DNA of 61,282 bases, filler included, from 5 parts of 5 records of this genome joined end to end with filler, not necessarily neighbours in it, one strand, 5' to 3'; counted from the first letter of the whole stretch, positions 48,844-59,564 are shown. Made by a program: numbers and translations. The notes: generated from the sequence alone by a model not told the origin.

Positions 48844-50894
48844 ATCCCCTTTGCTGCTATGTAGCCAGCTTTTGTAGCATCAGCCATACGCTGCGGATTT
48901 ATACAGTCACCAACAGCTTCCACATATTCAGCTTTGTTTTTACAATTTATATAAAGAGACGCGTTCTCTTCGAAGCCGAGTGTTACAGCTACAGTGTCTG
49001 CCTCATACATGAAAAGAGACCCGTCCTCTCTCTGAGCCTTTACACCTAAGGAATTGATCTCTAAAACTTTTGATTTTGGCTCCATCTGAACTACAGGAGA
49101 CTTCTTGAATGCGGATGTGATATGGAAACGTTCGCTTCCGCCAACGTCGTAGCCTATCTTCTTGTTTTCTTCTATCATCGCCATTTCACGATTATTATGC
49201 AGAAGCTCGATACCCAGCTCACAACCTGGTAGACCTCCGCCAATGATAGCAACACGCTTGCCGAACGGCCAAGGTGACCACATCATTTTTTTAATAAGGC
49301 TTGGACTGTAAAACAGACTTAAGAAGATACCAGCACTGTTCCACATAATCTTGTTGATAATCCCCGGTTTGCTAGGCGGAGTTCCATTAAGAAGAGACAG
49401 AAAGTCGTGTGAACGTACAACATTACCTCTGTCGATCCCCGGAACATAAAGATCTCTAGGTTCTCCGCCAATAGCAACGATTACAGCATCCGGCTTAACT
49501 TTGCTTATGAGTTCAGGAGTTACCTGAGTTTTGAGATTCACTTTTATTTCAGGAGTATTAGCAAGCCTGTGCTTGTAATATTTTGTCATTCTTTCGTAAA
49601 GCGGGCTGAATATTGCACTCATGACAAGACATCCACCCACTCTTGGACCTTTTTCGTAGATTGTGACATCGTGCCCACGCTCATGAGCAGTAAATGCAGC
49701 AGATAGTCCACCAGGACCAGAGCCTATGATCATCACCTTCTGACGATGTGAAGAAACGCCTGTCTCCTCTTCCAGTTCATAACCAAGGCGTGAGTTCACA
49801 CTGCAAAAGTTCAGCGGTTTCCCTCTACTAACAACATCATCCAGACATCGACAACAGCAGATACATTTCTTTATCTCCTGCTCTCTACCATGCTCTGCCT
49901 TAACACCGAACTCCGGGTCTGCAATGCTGTATCTAAGTCCTGCTATGATATCTGTGTGACCTTCCGCAATGATTCTCTCCATATTTTCAGGATCAGTATT
50001 GCGGTAACCAACAGCTACAGGAGCTTTAACAACTTGCTTTATCTCTTTACCCATCCATGAGAAACCGCCTTCCGGCACAGATTTGATAGTCACCGGAACG
50101 GCACTCTCATGCCAGCCTATCTGAAGGTTGTGCCAAGCAGCACCTGCGTCATCAAGAATCCTGGCTATCTGGATGGCATCCTCCATCTCATTTCCACCTT
50201 CGATATAGTCAACAGGAGTCCACCTGACAACAACAGGAAAGTCCTCTCCGCAGGCGTCCTTGATAGCTTTTATGCAATCAACGGTAAGTCTGCATCTGTT
50301 CTCCATTGTCTGTGGACCGTATTCATCAGTTCTTTTATTTGTCGCCTTTGACATAAAGCGAGACATAATAGCGCCAACCCCAGCCACTAGCTCTACAGCA
50401 TCCCAACCTGCTGTTTGAACTATTTTTGCTCCTCTGGCAATGTGCTGGATAAAAAGATCAATATCTCCTTTAGTCATTGCCTGTATTGGAACTTTAGCTG
50501 GGGGGAGGCGAACATCGGACGGTCCCCAGTGTCCTACGCTCTCACCTGGCTTCCTGCGCCACTCGTGCACAGTGAAAGCCTGCGCTACTATCTTGCATCC
50601 GTGTTTTTGTACAACTTCAGCCATCTGCTTCATATGAGGTATGTGACTTTCGTCAAAAGCCTCTGGTAGCAAATGGCCTTCAGGATCCATAGGGTAGAAA
50701 GAAATGGTCTGGCATATAGCGCCGAGACCGCCTTTTGCTCTCTCTTCGAGATAATTTAAAAAACGTTGGGTCGGTTTCATACCTTTATCGGTGTAACCTT
50801 CACCCGGTGACATTGACGTACTCATCAACCTGTTCTTCATACGCATCGATCCGACTTTTATCGGTGAAAACAAATTCTTATATTTTGTGGACAT
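48840..50894 (-). CDS. FadH/OYE-like FMN-FAD-4Fe4S oxidoreductase with an atypical active site
   Basis: LFSPIKVG..KNR, NKRTDEYG, IGWHE, CICCCRC-x11-C, IIGSGPGG and VGDC motifs. Confidence 0.9.
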   Translation of the reverse strand: MSTKYKNLFSPIKVGSMRMKNRLMSTSMSPGEGYTDKGMKPTQRFLNYLEERAKGGLGAICQTISFYPMDPEGHLLPEAFDESHIPHMKQMAEVVQKHGCKIVAQAFTVHEWRRKPGESVGHWGPSDVRLPPAKVPIQAMTKGDIDLFIQHIARGAKIVQTAGWDAVELVAGVGAIMSRFMSKATNKRTDEYGPQTMENRCRLTVDCIKAIKDACGEDFPVVVRWTPVDYIEGGNEMEDAIQIARILDDAGAAWHNLQIGWHESAVPVTIKSVPEGGFSWMGKEIKQVVKAPVAVGYRNTDPENMERIIAEGHTDIIAGLRYSIADPEFGVKAEHGREQEIKKCICCCRCLDDVVSRGKPLNFCSVNSRLGYELEEETGVSSHRQKVMIIGSGPGGLSAAFTAHERGHDVTIYEKGPRVGGCLVMSAIFSPLYERMTKYYKHRLANTPEIKVNLKTQVTPELISKVKPDAVIVAIGGEPRDLYVPGIDRGNVVRSHDFLSLLNGTPPSKPGIINKIMWNSAGIFLSLFYSPSLIKKMMWSPWPFGKRVAIIGGGLPGCELGIELLHNNREMAMIEENKKIGYDVGGSERFHITSAFKKSPVVQMEPKSKVLEINSLGVKAQREDGSLFMYEADTVAVTLGFEENASLYINCKNKAEYVEAVGDCINPQRMADATKAGYIAAKGI

Positions 50895-50920
50895 ATGCAT
50901 CTCCTTACTTGCTTTATAAA

Positions 50921-50937
50921 AGCAAGGGGAATGCCAG
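50921..50937 (-). promoter_or_regulatory. sigma54 -24/-12 promoter
   Basis: Minus strand CTGGCATTCCCCTTGCT = consensus GG-N10-GC. Confidence 0.85.
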
Positions 50938-50950
50938 AAGGGTACATACG

Positions 50951-50980
50951 CAAAAAAACCTGTAAATACAGGTTTTTTTG
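50951..50980 (-). terminator. Terminator of the EBP gene
   Basis: Perfect palindrome CAAAAAAACCTGTA-AA-TACAGGTTTTTTTG. Confidence 0.65.
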
Positions 50981-51010
50981 TTATTATATTAATTTGAAAT
51001 GATCAATTAA

Positions 51011-51036
51011 ATGGAACACAGTGTTCCATGTGTTCA
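51011..51036. promoter_or_regulatory. Putative EBP enhancer
   Basis: ATGGAACAC-A-GTGTTCCAT palindrome plus TGTTCA, about 75-100 bp upstream of the sigma54 promoter. Confidence 0.65.
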
Positions 51037-52959
51037 GTTGACGTGTTTTACCACAGATGTCTGAATGTGGATGTTATATTTGTCTATCTTACGATAAAGG
51101 GTATTGCGAGCCATACCAAGCTCCTTAGCTGTTTGAGCTATGTTGCCTTTATGCTTCTCAAGACACCTTCTGATATTGTCTAGCTTATCACTCTTCTCTA
51201 TAAGATTATGGCTATGTATATCACTCTCATGTATCATTCCATATTTCGCAAGTATATCAGCGGTAATAACACTATCCAGAGAGAGAATCATTATCTTTTC
51301 TATATAGTTACGCAATTCTCTTATATTTCCCGGCCACATATGACTAAGCAGAACATCTTTGGCACTTCTGGCCAAAGTTTTCACCGGTATATTAAGCTGG
51401 GTGGAGAGTTCTTTTATGAAATGCTCAGCAAGGTATATAACATCCTCCCCACGCTCATTAAGAGGAGGAAGCTCCAGTTCAATAACTGCAAGCCTGTAGA
51501 AAAGATCCTCCCGGAAGAGACCTTGGTTTACGAGATCACGAATATTCTTATTAGTAGCCGCTATTATACGAACATCAACGTTTTTAGTAACATTAGAATT
51601 GATCTTAGTTATTACACGTTCCTGAATAAAACGAAGCAAGCTAACCTGCATATCAAGCGGCATCTCACTGATCTCATCAAGAAGCAGAGTTCCGTTATTA
51701 GCATATTCAAACTTTCCCATTGCTCCTTCGGCTCTAGCACCAGTAAAAGCTCCTCTTTCGTAACCGAAAAATTCACTACAAAGGAGTTCTTTGGGAATAT
51801 TACCGCAATTTACAGCTACGAAATTCCCTTTACGCCCACTGAGTTTATGGATAGCTTTCGAGACAACCTCTTTACCAGTACCTGTTTCACCGAAGACCAT
51901 TACACTAGATGAAAAGCCTGCTACACGGTTTACAATTTCGTCAACACGCCCCCATGCTTCGCTCTCTCCAATATACAGGTCACTGCGTCTGTATTTGTTC
52001 AGACGAATGACAGGTTCCTCTTCCCTCTGCTCGAATACAAACATGACAAGAGATTCACCGCCTATTGTCATGCAGCTTTTTCTAAGCAGGCGCATCGTTT
52101 TAGTATTTTGAAATTTATAGGTGGACTCAGCGTTTGCAACACAACAATCCTCCATGATACGCTTTGCATCTTTCTTGTTGCTAAGTATATCTACAATATT
52201 TACCCCGTTGTAGATCATATCTATGGATTCTTTTGCATTCTTATTAGCATATTTAAGATATCCTTCATCAGACACTATCATCACAACGTCATCAGAAATA
52301 TTTATGAGGTCTGTTACCCCTACACCTAGTTCTGTCTGCATACTGGCAGAACACTTCACCTGCTGGCAGAGGTCAGGAGACAATAACTGTTCGATAAGAA
52401 ATGCACTCTTAATAAGCATCTCCAAAGTAATTTCCGGCAGAGGTCCGAATATACTTACACCGTTTATAACACCGATCAGTTCGCCTTTATTTAAAATAGG
52501 TGCGCTGGCATCTGAGCAGCCATGAGAAACAGCTCTGTAGTGCTCAAAACCGTCAACCCTGATAGCTATATTCTCTCTGACGGCTATAGTTATTGCTCCA
52601 TTACCGTGTGTGGATTCTCTGACAAATGAGCCAAGTGAACGCGGATAGTTGTCAAGAGGTGATATGAGTTTAAATACAAACCCATCTTTATCGCATATAG
52701 AAATGTTAATATTCAATGCTGTAAAAAGTATCTGCATTACAGGATAAGCAACATTCAGAAGAAATTTATTCTGTTCTGTTCGTTCTTTTAATTCTTGCAT
52801 CGACCCCATAGGGTAAGACCCAGACCATGGGTCAAGTCCAGCCTCACTGCACCTGAGCCAAGCTCTGCTTATCTCCGGCCTGATCTTATCAGCCAGGATC
52901 GTTCCGTCTGTTACAAATGCCTTCCAAGCAACAATAATATCATCTTGAGCTTCATACAT
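51034..52959 (-). CDS. AcoR-like GAF-domain sigma54 enhancer-binding protein
   Basis: IRPEISRAWLRC..GLDP GAF start; GETGTGKE, GAFTGA, WPGNIREL and Fis-HTH LGMARNTLYRKI. Confidence 0.94.
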   Translation of the reverse strand: MYEAQDDIIVAWKAFVTDGTILADKIRPEISRAWLRCSEAGLDPWSGSYPMGSMQELKERTEQNKFLLNVAYPVMQILFTALNINISICDKDGFVFKLISPLDNYPRSLGSFVRESTHGNGAITIAVRENIAIRVDGFEHYRAVSHGCSDASAPILNKGELIGVINGVSIFGPLPEITLEMLIKSAFLIEQLLSPDLCQQVKCSASMQTELGVGVTDLINISDDVVMIVSDEGYLKYANKNAKESIDMIYNGVNIVDILSNKKDAKRIMEDCCVANAESTYKFQNTKTMRLLRKSCMTIGGESLVMFVFEQREEEPVIRLNKYRRSDLYIGESEAWGRVDEIVNRVAGFSSSVMVFGETGTGKEVVSKAIHKLSGRKGNFVAVNCGNIPKELLCSEFFGYERGAFTGARAEGAMGKFEYANNGTLLLDEISEMPLDMQVSLLRFIQERVITKINSNVTKNVDVRIIAATNKNIRDLVNQGLFREDLFYRLAVIELELPPLNERGEDVIYLAEHFIKELSTQLNIPVKTLARSAKDVLLSHMWPGNIRELRNYIEKIMILSLDSVITADILAKYGMIHESDIHSHNLIEKSDKLDNIRRCLEKHKGNIAQTAKELGMARNTLYRKIDKYNIHIQTSVVKHVN

Positions 52960-53305
52960 TGATCCACTCCTCTATATTTTTAAAAGCAAATTAAGCTGAT
53001 TATGTAATTATAATAAGACTCCTATAGTTGATTTAGTATTTTTAAACTAATGACATAATCAAGTTCCAGTTTTGAGTTGTATATAAAAGTATCTAAAATT
53101 AAGTCAAGTGTGGTGTAGAAGGAGAAGTTGGGCATCGTGGTATTTGATAAGATCAGACTAGTTTCCCAATAAACTACTGCTACCATCAACAACCACCCCA
53201 GAAAACACATATTGATGAAAACTTATAATTCTTAACTTATTATATACTAATTTCGAATACCTGACAGGCAATATTGTCAAATATCTATCAACTTATTGTT
53301 ATACG

Positions 53306-54073
53306 TTACTCCTGTGGAGCCTTATCAGCGCTCCCAGCGTATGTCTGAACAACACTTGCATAACGTTCTGCCTCACTACCAGTAACTTTTAACATTGTAT
53401 TTCTCCAGTCTCTCCTTCTTATCGCAACTAACGCCCAATCTTTTGCACTCCCTTTAATAGAGTTTTCAGCATCAGGTTCACCCTTAGTCCACAAATCACC
53501 ATTTGGCATTGTGAGTTCAAGATAGATCGGAGTCTCAGGAAGCTCTAATCCGTTTATCCTATATGCGTTGGGTCTCGCAGCCCATGAAAGAAAAAGTGTG
53601 TGAGCTATTCTGTCTTCTACGGGAGGGTCGATATTAAGCGCATCATATATATCCACCGAGTGTGCCCAAAGTTCCATCAGTCTTGCAGATGCGAGAGATC
53701 TTGCAGACATTGGCAGTCCCGGAGCCCATGGAATTCTGTACTTAGGGTTTTTATCATACAGGAGAGCTGTCATACGTGTTCTCTCTTCTCGCCACCAGCT
53801 AAGGGCCTCCGGACCAGTTATATCATCGTAAGCGTGAGAGCAGTAATATTCATCCTGATCTGCCTCTTCGGATATAGTCATAAGGTCAGTAGCCTCGCCT
53901 GACATAAGCTTTTTCGCAGCATAGTCAAAGAAGGCGATGTGCACGATAGTCTCTCGTATTGTCCACTGACCTGAGCCAGGTATAACAGTAAGCCACTGCT
54001 CTTCAGTCAGATTAGACACAAGGTTATCCACAAGACATTGCTCGCTTATTAAATCATTTATAATATTCTTCAT
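53306..54073 (-). CDS. TIGR03084-type metal-binding protein (MDMPI/DinB superfamily)
   Basis: WTIRETIVHIAFFD, MSARSLASARLMELWAHSVDI and LELT.P.G..W..G motifs. Confidence 0.8.
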   Translation of the reverse strand: MKNIINDLISEQCLVDNLVSNLTEEQWLTVIPGSGQWTIRETIVHIAFFDYAAKKLMSGEATDLMTISEEADQDEYYCSHAYDDITGPEALSWWREERTRMTALLYDKNPKYRIPWAPGLPMSARSLASARLMELWAHSVDIYDALNIDPPVEDRIAHTLFLSWAARPNAYRINGLELPETPIYLELTMPNGDLWTKGEPDAENSIKGSAKDWALVAIRRRDWRNTMLKVTGSEAERYASVVQTYAGSADKAPQE

Positions 54074-55630
54074 TTAATCCTCCAATATGCAATTAAACTC
54101 GTATTTTTCTATTAATTTCTGCTTATTAATCTTGCCCGCAGAATCTGCAATATGGTCATGAGTGACACAAAAGTATTTCGGCTTTTTATAGCTCGCCATA
54201 TTACATTTGCAGTATTTGATCAGTTCATCACATGTAATACTTTCATCTTTATAAAGGCGTATGACGGCAGCGATAGCCTCACCCCATCTCTCGTCAGGCA
54301 CCCCGACAACTGCGCATTCTGCTATGGCAGGATTTGCCATCAACACGGACTCAACGTCACGGCAGTAAACATTTTCTCCGCCAGTCTTTATCATGTCTTT
54401 CTTTCTGCCGACCATGTAGTAGTAACCATCTTGTTTATAAAACATGTCACCCGTATGAAGCCATCCACCAACCAATGCCTCTTCTGTAAGAAGCGATTGG
54501 TCGTAATACCCACTCATAACTGTCGGTCCACGGACAATAATCTCTCCAACCTCTCCTTCCGGTAACTCGCAGCCATTATCATCAACAATCTTAAGCTCTA
54601 TAAGCCCAGCAGGAGTTCCCACACTGCTGAACACCTTATTTGATGTATCCATGTCACGAGTCAGGATGAGTTTTGTACCAACACCAGACTCAGTTTGTGC
54701 CCAGCCGTAATGCATCTCTGCATTTGGAAATGCTTTGAAAATTGCGTCTGCAATCTCTTTCGATGTTCCACCTGCTGATGTCTGGATAACCTTTATGGAT
54801 GACACATCATAGTCTTTTATGCACTCGTCCTTAGTTAATCTCTGATAGCTTGCTGGAGGCAAAAGAAGAAGGTATGTCACTCTCTCTTTCTCTATAGCTT
54901 CGAGTATCTGTTTTGCATTAAATCTATCCTGCATGACGTAAGTGCAGCCTGCTGCTATGGCACACATTACCCAAGTGTACCCCCCATGATGATTCATAGG
55001 ACTCTGCGCCATCACAACTTCGTCAGGCACTGTTCCGATCTTTGTCTGTGTGAGAAGGGAGAGCATGGTAAGATAATCCTGCTCCTGAGTATGAACAACA
55101 CCTTTAGGGATACCAGTGGTACCTCCGGTAAACTGGATTCGGCACATATCATCATTCCCAACCACAACCTCGGGCTCTGATTCTGCACCTGCAAGAATAA
55201 ACTGTTCGTATGAAAGCTCAACGTCGGAAGGGGTCTCTGTAAGGCATATGCAGTGTTTGAGAACACCTATAGGGCCGAAACCACACTCAACAGCGATATC
55301 TCTGTACTTCTCACAATAAAAGAAGATTGAGCAATCGGCGGATTCAAGTAAATATCTTATCTCTGAATAAACCAACCTGTGATTTAGCGGAACAGCAACA
55401 GCCCCCGCCTTTTGGATAGCAAAATAGATTTCAACAAGTTCAAAACAGTTAGGGAGTAAATAAGCTACCCTGTCGCCTTTATTTACCCCAAGCTCAATAA
55501 GACTATTAGCCAGTTTTACGGCTCTCTTGTTAAGCTCAGAAAAGCTGATACGTTTCTCACAGTGAACAAGGGCAGTCTTTTCTGGAGATATATTGGCACT
55601 GTTAATAAGGAAATAGCCCATATTAAACAT
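54074..55630 (-). CDS. Acyl-CoA synthetase (AMP-forming)
   Basis: FTGGTTGIPKG, YGWAQTE, HTGD and KTGGENVY motifs. Confidence 0.93.
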   Translation of the reverse strand: MFNMGYFLINSANISPEKTALVHCEKRISFSELNKRAVKLANSLIELGVNKGDRVAYLLPNCFELVEIYFAIQKAGAVAVPLNHRLVYSEIRYLLESADCSIFFYCEKYRDIAVECGFGPIGVLKHCICLTETPSDVELSYEQFILAGAESEPEVVVGNDDMCRIQFTGGTTGIPKGVVHTQEQDYLTMLSLLTQTKIGTVPDEVVMAQSPMNHHGGYTWVMCAIAAGCTYVMQDRFNAKQILEAIEKERVTYLLLLPPASYQRLTKDECIKDYDVSSIKVIQTSAGGTSKEIADAIFKAFPNAEMHYGWAQTESGVGTKLILTRDMDTSNKVFSSVGTPAGLIELKIVDDNGCELPEGEVGEIIVRGPTVMSGYYDQSLLTEEALVGGWLHTGDMFYKQDGYYYMVGRKKDMIKTGGENVYCRDVESVLMANPAIAECAVVGVPDERWGEAIAAVIRLYKDESITCDELIKYCKCNMASYKKPKYFCVTHDHIADSAGKINKQKLIEKYEFNCILED

Positions 55631-55759
55631 AGTGTCTTTGCCTCTTTATCGCGTCTTTGACAGACAATTATCGTTACACTTTTACAACACCAGCAACCTG
55701 GGTGTAAAAAGCCGTACAAGCCCTCAGCAACATGCATAAGGGCTGTACGAGTTCCTTAG

Positions 55760-57004
55760 TTAGTATGTTTTTTTGCTTGTGGCTGTACCCAGAAGGAGCA
55801 GTACTAGCGCAGCAGTAAACATTGCCGTTACAAGCGGCCAGTGGATTGCAAATGATTTATCAACATCGTAAAGCTTTCCATAAAGCATAGGAGCAACAGT
55901 ACCACCGAATATACCGAGTCCGAATGCAATGATAGAAAATACTTGTGAGTAGCTTTTCATTCCGAATCTAGTACGGATAAGAAGAGGCGGTACAATTGTA
56001 AGAGCAGCGTAAGCCACACCAAACATAAATGTACCTATAAAAAAGAGCGTCACGTTAAGATTTGCTATTATAGCAATAGCGCTTCCTGCCATACCTACAA
56101 GCATTGCGACAACACCTGTTTTAACTATACCAATTCTGTCATTCAGCCAGCCGAGAAATACCTTACCTGTGATACCTCCGATCATGATAACAGATACGGC
56201 TGTAGCACCAATCTGAGAACCGAGACCTTTCCAAACAGCATAACCAGGTGTTTGGATGTGCATAGATGCACATGTAACGATAAGGCAAGCCATCAGGAAG
56301 AAGCACCAGAAAGAGAAAGATGTCATAGCTTCTTTAAAAGTTGCACCTGTAGCTTCTCCAGTAGGAGTTTTCTCTTCTTTCACGCTGTCTGCACCGTATG
56401 CCTTAAGACCTTTCTGTTCAGGAAATCTGCGAATCACAAATACCATGAAAGGCATAACGCCTACGAACACTACAAGACCAAAGATTAGCCTTGTCATTCT
56501 CCAGCCGTACTCAGTAATAAGCCAGTTACCTACAGGATTAGCGAAAACAGCAGTAATACTGGAGAATGCAACGGCTATACCAAGAGCAAGTCCAATGTTC
56601 TTCTTGAACCAACTATTGATAAGGATTGGGATTGGTAGGTAGAACAGGAAGGCGTTACAAACACCTATGATCACACCAAATACGTTCCACGCCATCAGGG
56701 AATGGAACTGAGAGGAAAGCGCATATGAACCGCAAAGTACGGCAACAACGATTCCCAATATTAATCGAATATCTATTTTAGAAAATAACCTACCTGCAAC
56801 AGGCTGAAAAAGCGCTGTCAGCAAACCGCTTATAGACATGTAGTAAGAAGCCTGAACACGAGTCCATTCCATCTCCTGCATAACAGGGTTCAGGAAAATA
56901 CCCATTGTATTACCTATAACACCAACTGCACCACCGTACATTGCACAGCATGCCACCAAAACCCACCAAGCGTAGTGGATACCTTCGTTTTTTGAATTAT
57001 TCAT
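55760..57004 (-). CDS. MFS transporter (paralogue 2)
   Basis: About 12 TM helices; WFKKNIGLALG and GWLNDRIG motifs. Confidence 0.92.
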   Translation of the reverse strand: MNNSKNEGIHYAWWVLVACCAMYGGAVGVIGNTMGIFLNPVMQEMEWTRVQASYYMSISGLLTALFQPVAGRLFSKIDIRLILGIVVAVLCGSYALSSQFHSLMAWNVFGVIIGVCNAFLFYLPIPILINSWFKKNIGLALGIAVAFSSITAVFANPVGNWLITEYGWRMTRLIFGLVVFVGVMPFMVFVIRRFPEQKGLKAYGADSVKEEKTPTGEATGATFKEAMTSFSFWCFFLMACLIVTCASMHIQTPGYAVWKGLGSQIGATAVSVIMIGGITGKVFLGWLNDRIGIVKTGVVAMLVGMAGSAIAIIANLNVTLFFIGTFMFGVAYAALTIVPPLLIRTRFGMKSYSQVFSIIAFGLGIFGGTVAPMLYGKLYDVDKSFAIHWPLVTAMFTAALVLLLLGTATSKKTY

Positions 57005-57018
57005 AATAAATAACCTCT

Positions 57019-58284
57019 TTATTTAGTTAAACTTACAGTTCTTTCTGTCCACTTTAATCCTTTATTCAGATTAAAAATCAAAACTGCTAAAACAAATGAG
57101 CCGATGTTGCAACCGAGCACTAATCCCCATGCTCCTCTATAGCTGTCAGTAAGATCGTATACTCCGCCGTATATAAGAGGCGCTATAGCACCAAAAAGAC
57201 CTAGAGCTATTGTTACTGACGAGTATATTTTTTCGTAATCCAACGAACCGTAAACTGCTCGCACTACAAGAGGAGGAACTATTGTCAGAGCCGCATAGCT
57301 AAAGCCAAACATAAAAGTTCCGGTAAAGAAAAAGGGAATATTTGTATTACCTGCCAACACTACAGCGGCACCTATTGCGCCTATGAGCATTGCCAGAAAT
57401 GTAGTGTTGCGGACACCAATTCTGTCCACCAGCCAGCCAAGCACAAATTTACCCACGACTCCGCCAACCATAATTACGGAAACAGCGGTAGCCCCTACGG
57501 TAGAAGACATTCCTATGGAACGTGCGTAGCTTGGGGTCATGACGTGCATGCTGGCGGTAAACACTATCAGACCGGCTAGTAGAAACACCATATAAAACAC
57601 AGGGTTCTTAAGTGCGTCCTTATATGTGACACCTTTCTCTGTGACAAGACCGGAATCGATCTCATCATTTCCTTCATAACCGTATGGTTTCAATCCCATA
57701 TCTTCGGGTCTGTACCTGACCAAAAATATACAGAAAGGCATAGCAAGTAACCAAGCACTTGACCCTATAACTATTCTTGCAAAACGCCAGCCGTATTCAT
57801 CTATAAACCAACCGCCCAGCGGGTTCACTATTGCTGCCGTAATGCTTGCGAAAGCAACACTTATGCCTAATGCCAGCCCTGCACGCTTATCAAACCAGTT
57901 GTTTATAAGCAAAGGCCCAGGGAGATAAAGTATAAAAGCATAAGCGACACCGAGGATGACACCTATCATGTACCACTGCCATAAATGATTCGTGAATGCA
58001 CTATATACATATCCACCGGACATGAGGGTTATGCCTACAGACAGTATTATACGGATATCTACTTTTGTATAAATACGCCCAGCAACAGGTAGCAGAATGG
58101 TCATCACAGTCAGCAGTATAGTGATATAAAAGTTCAAGCTGGCACTTTTCCAGCCCATCTCTTTAGTCACTTCTAAAAGAAACAGCCCTGCACTGTTAGC
58201 TATCATTCCAATACCGGCACCATAAAGGGCACACACACAAAACAAGATATACCATGCGTAATGCATTTTCTTAACCTTACTCAT
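57019..58284 (-). CDS. MFS transporter (paralogue 1)
   Basis: About 12 TM helices; WFDKRAGLALG and GWLVDRIG motifs. Confidence 0.92.
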   Translation of the reverse strand: MSKVKKMHYAWYILFCVCALYGAGIGMIANSAGLFLLEVTKEMGWKSASLNFYITILLTVMTILLPVAGRIYTKVDIRIILSVGITLMSGGYVYSAFTNHLWQWYMIGVILGVAYAFILYLPGPLLINNWFDKRAGLALGISVAFASITAAIVNPLGGWFIDEYGWRFARIVIGSSAWLLAMPFCIFLVRYRPEDMGLKPYGYEGNDEIDSGLVTEKGVTYKDALKNPVFYMVFLLAGLIVFTASMHVMTPSYARSIGMSSTVGATAVSVIMVGGVVGKFVLGWLVDRIGVRNTTFLAMLIGAIGAAVVLAGNTNIPFFFTGTFMFGFSYAALTIVPPLVVRAVYGSLDYEKIYSSVTIALGLFGAIAPLIYGGVYDLTDSYRGAWGLVLGCNIGSFVLAVLIFNLNKGLKWTERTVSLTK

Positions 58285-58352
58285 ATCGGTCCACCTATAT
58301 CGTCATTCCTGCGGGTTAAGGTCTGACGGCCGAACCCTCGACCGCCATATAT

Positions 58353-59564
58353 TTATTTCTTGATTAACCCTTTGTTATAGAACTCCTGAATATCCTCTTC
58401 GTTAAAGCCAAGTTCAGCGAATACATCTTCGTTGTCCTGACCGTATGTCGGACCTCCACGAAAAACCTGACTTGGATTATTCTTAAACTTTGGAACAGGA
58501 GCAGGACCTTTAATCTGTTTCTCAGTACTTGGATCATCCCACTCTATAAAGACCTCACGAGCCTTATAGTGCGGATTTTCTATCATCATTTTATATGTCA
58601 TGATCGGGCTTGACGGGATCTGCAGTTTAGAGAAAATCTCGTCAAGTTCTTCCGGTGTATGCTCCAGACAGAAAGCCTTAATAGCTTTATTAAATTTAGC
58701 GGCTCTCTCAGGGAATGATCTAGCTATGATCGAGTGGGGTTCTGCAAAGTCAGGATCTCCTTCGAGGTCTAGAAGTTTCTCAAGCTTCTTCAGAGGACCT
58801 GCACCACCAACAGCGATGTAATACCAGCGTCCGTCCTTACATTTTTCTGTACCATCTGTGGCACCGATAATGTCTTTATTGCCCATACGCTGGAACTCTG
58901 TGCCTTTATTAAGGCTGTCCATAAGATAATTACCCTGCATGCGAACAAGAGTTTCGAACTGCGCAACGTCAATGCTCTCGCCTTTGCCTGTCTCTTTTGC
59001 TCTGTAATAGGCTGCAAGCGTACCAAAGGCAGCAAAAAGTGCTGTTGTATAGTCGCAGAGGAAAGGTTTCGGAGCATACGGAGGCGCAGGATCAGGTTCA
59101 CCATTAATAGACATGTAGCCACTGAATGCCTGACCGACTACATCAAAAGATGCTCTTGGGATATACTCAGGTGCACCTGTCTGCCCAAAACCTGAAATAT
59201 GTGTAATAACAAGCTTAGGGTTCATCTCCCAGAGAACCTCATCAGAAAGTCCCCACTTCTTCCATGTACCACCCTTTGAGGACTCGATAATAATATCAGC
59301 CCATTTAACGAGCTTCTCCAGTATCGGTCTGGACTCTATATTAGGGACATCGAGAGTAATACCTCTCTGGTTTTTGTGAAAATCAGACCATGTATCTCCA
59401 AAATTGCGAAGCATATCAGGAGACTTAACACTTTCTATCTGAATAACATCGGCTCCCTGTTCGGAAAACATCCCTGCTGAGAAAGGTCCTGCTATAGCGC
59501 TGCTTGCGCTAAGCACCTTTAAGCCCTGAAGGTTCCCAAATTCAGGCATTTCACTTTTTTTCAT
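58353..59564 (-). CDS. Family III (CaiB/BaiF) CoA transferase
   Basis: MPEFGNLQGLKV..IAGP, ISGFGQTG and catalytic Asp in LCDY; AAGGAG RBS. Confidence 0.93.
   Translation of the reverse strand: MKKSEMPEFGNLQGLKVLSASSAIAGPFSAGMFSEQGADVIQIESVKSPDMLRNFGDTWSDFHKNQRGITLDVPNIESRPILEKLVKWADIIIESSKGGTWKKWGLSDEVLWEMNPKLVITHISGFGQTGAPEYIPRASFDVVGQAFSGYMSINGEPDPAPPYAPKPFLCDYTTALFAAFGTLAAYYRAKETGKGESIDVAQFETLVRMQGNYLMDSLNKGTEFQRMGNKDIIGATDGTEKCKDGRWYYIAVGGAGPLKKLEKLLDLEGDPDFAEPHSIIARSFPERAAKFNKAIKAFCLEHTPEELDEIFSKLQIPSSPIMTYKMMIENPHYKAREVFIEWDDPSTEKQIKGPAPVPKFKNNPSQVFRGGPTYGQDNEDVFAELGFNEEDIQEFYNKGLIKK

Noticed and set aside
51208-51912. 234-aa plus-strand ORF and many similar antisense ORFs across the window
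   Set aside because: They are shadows of well-supported genes on the opposite strand and have no motifs
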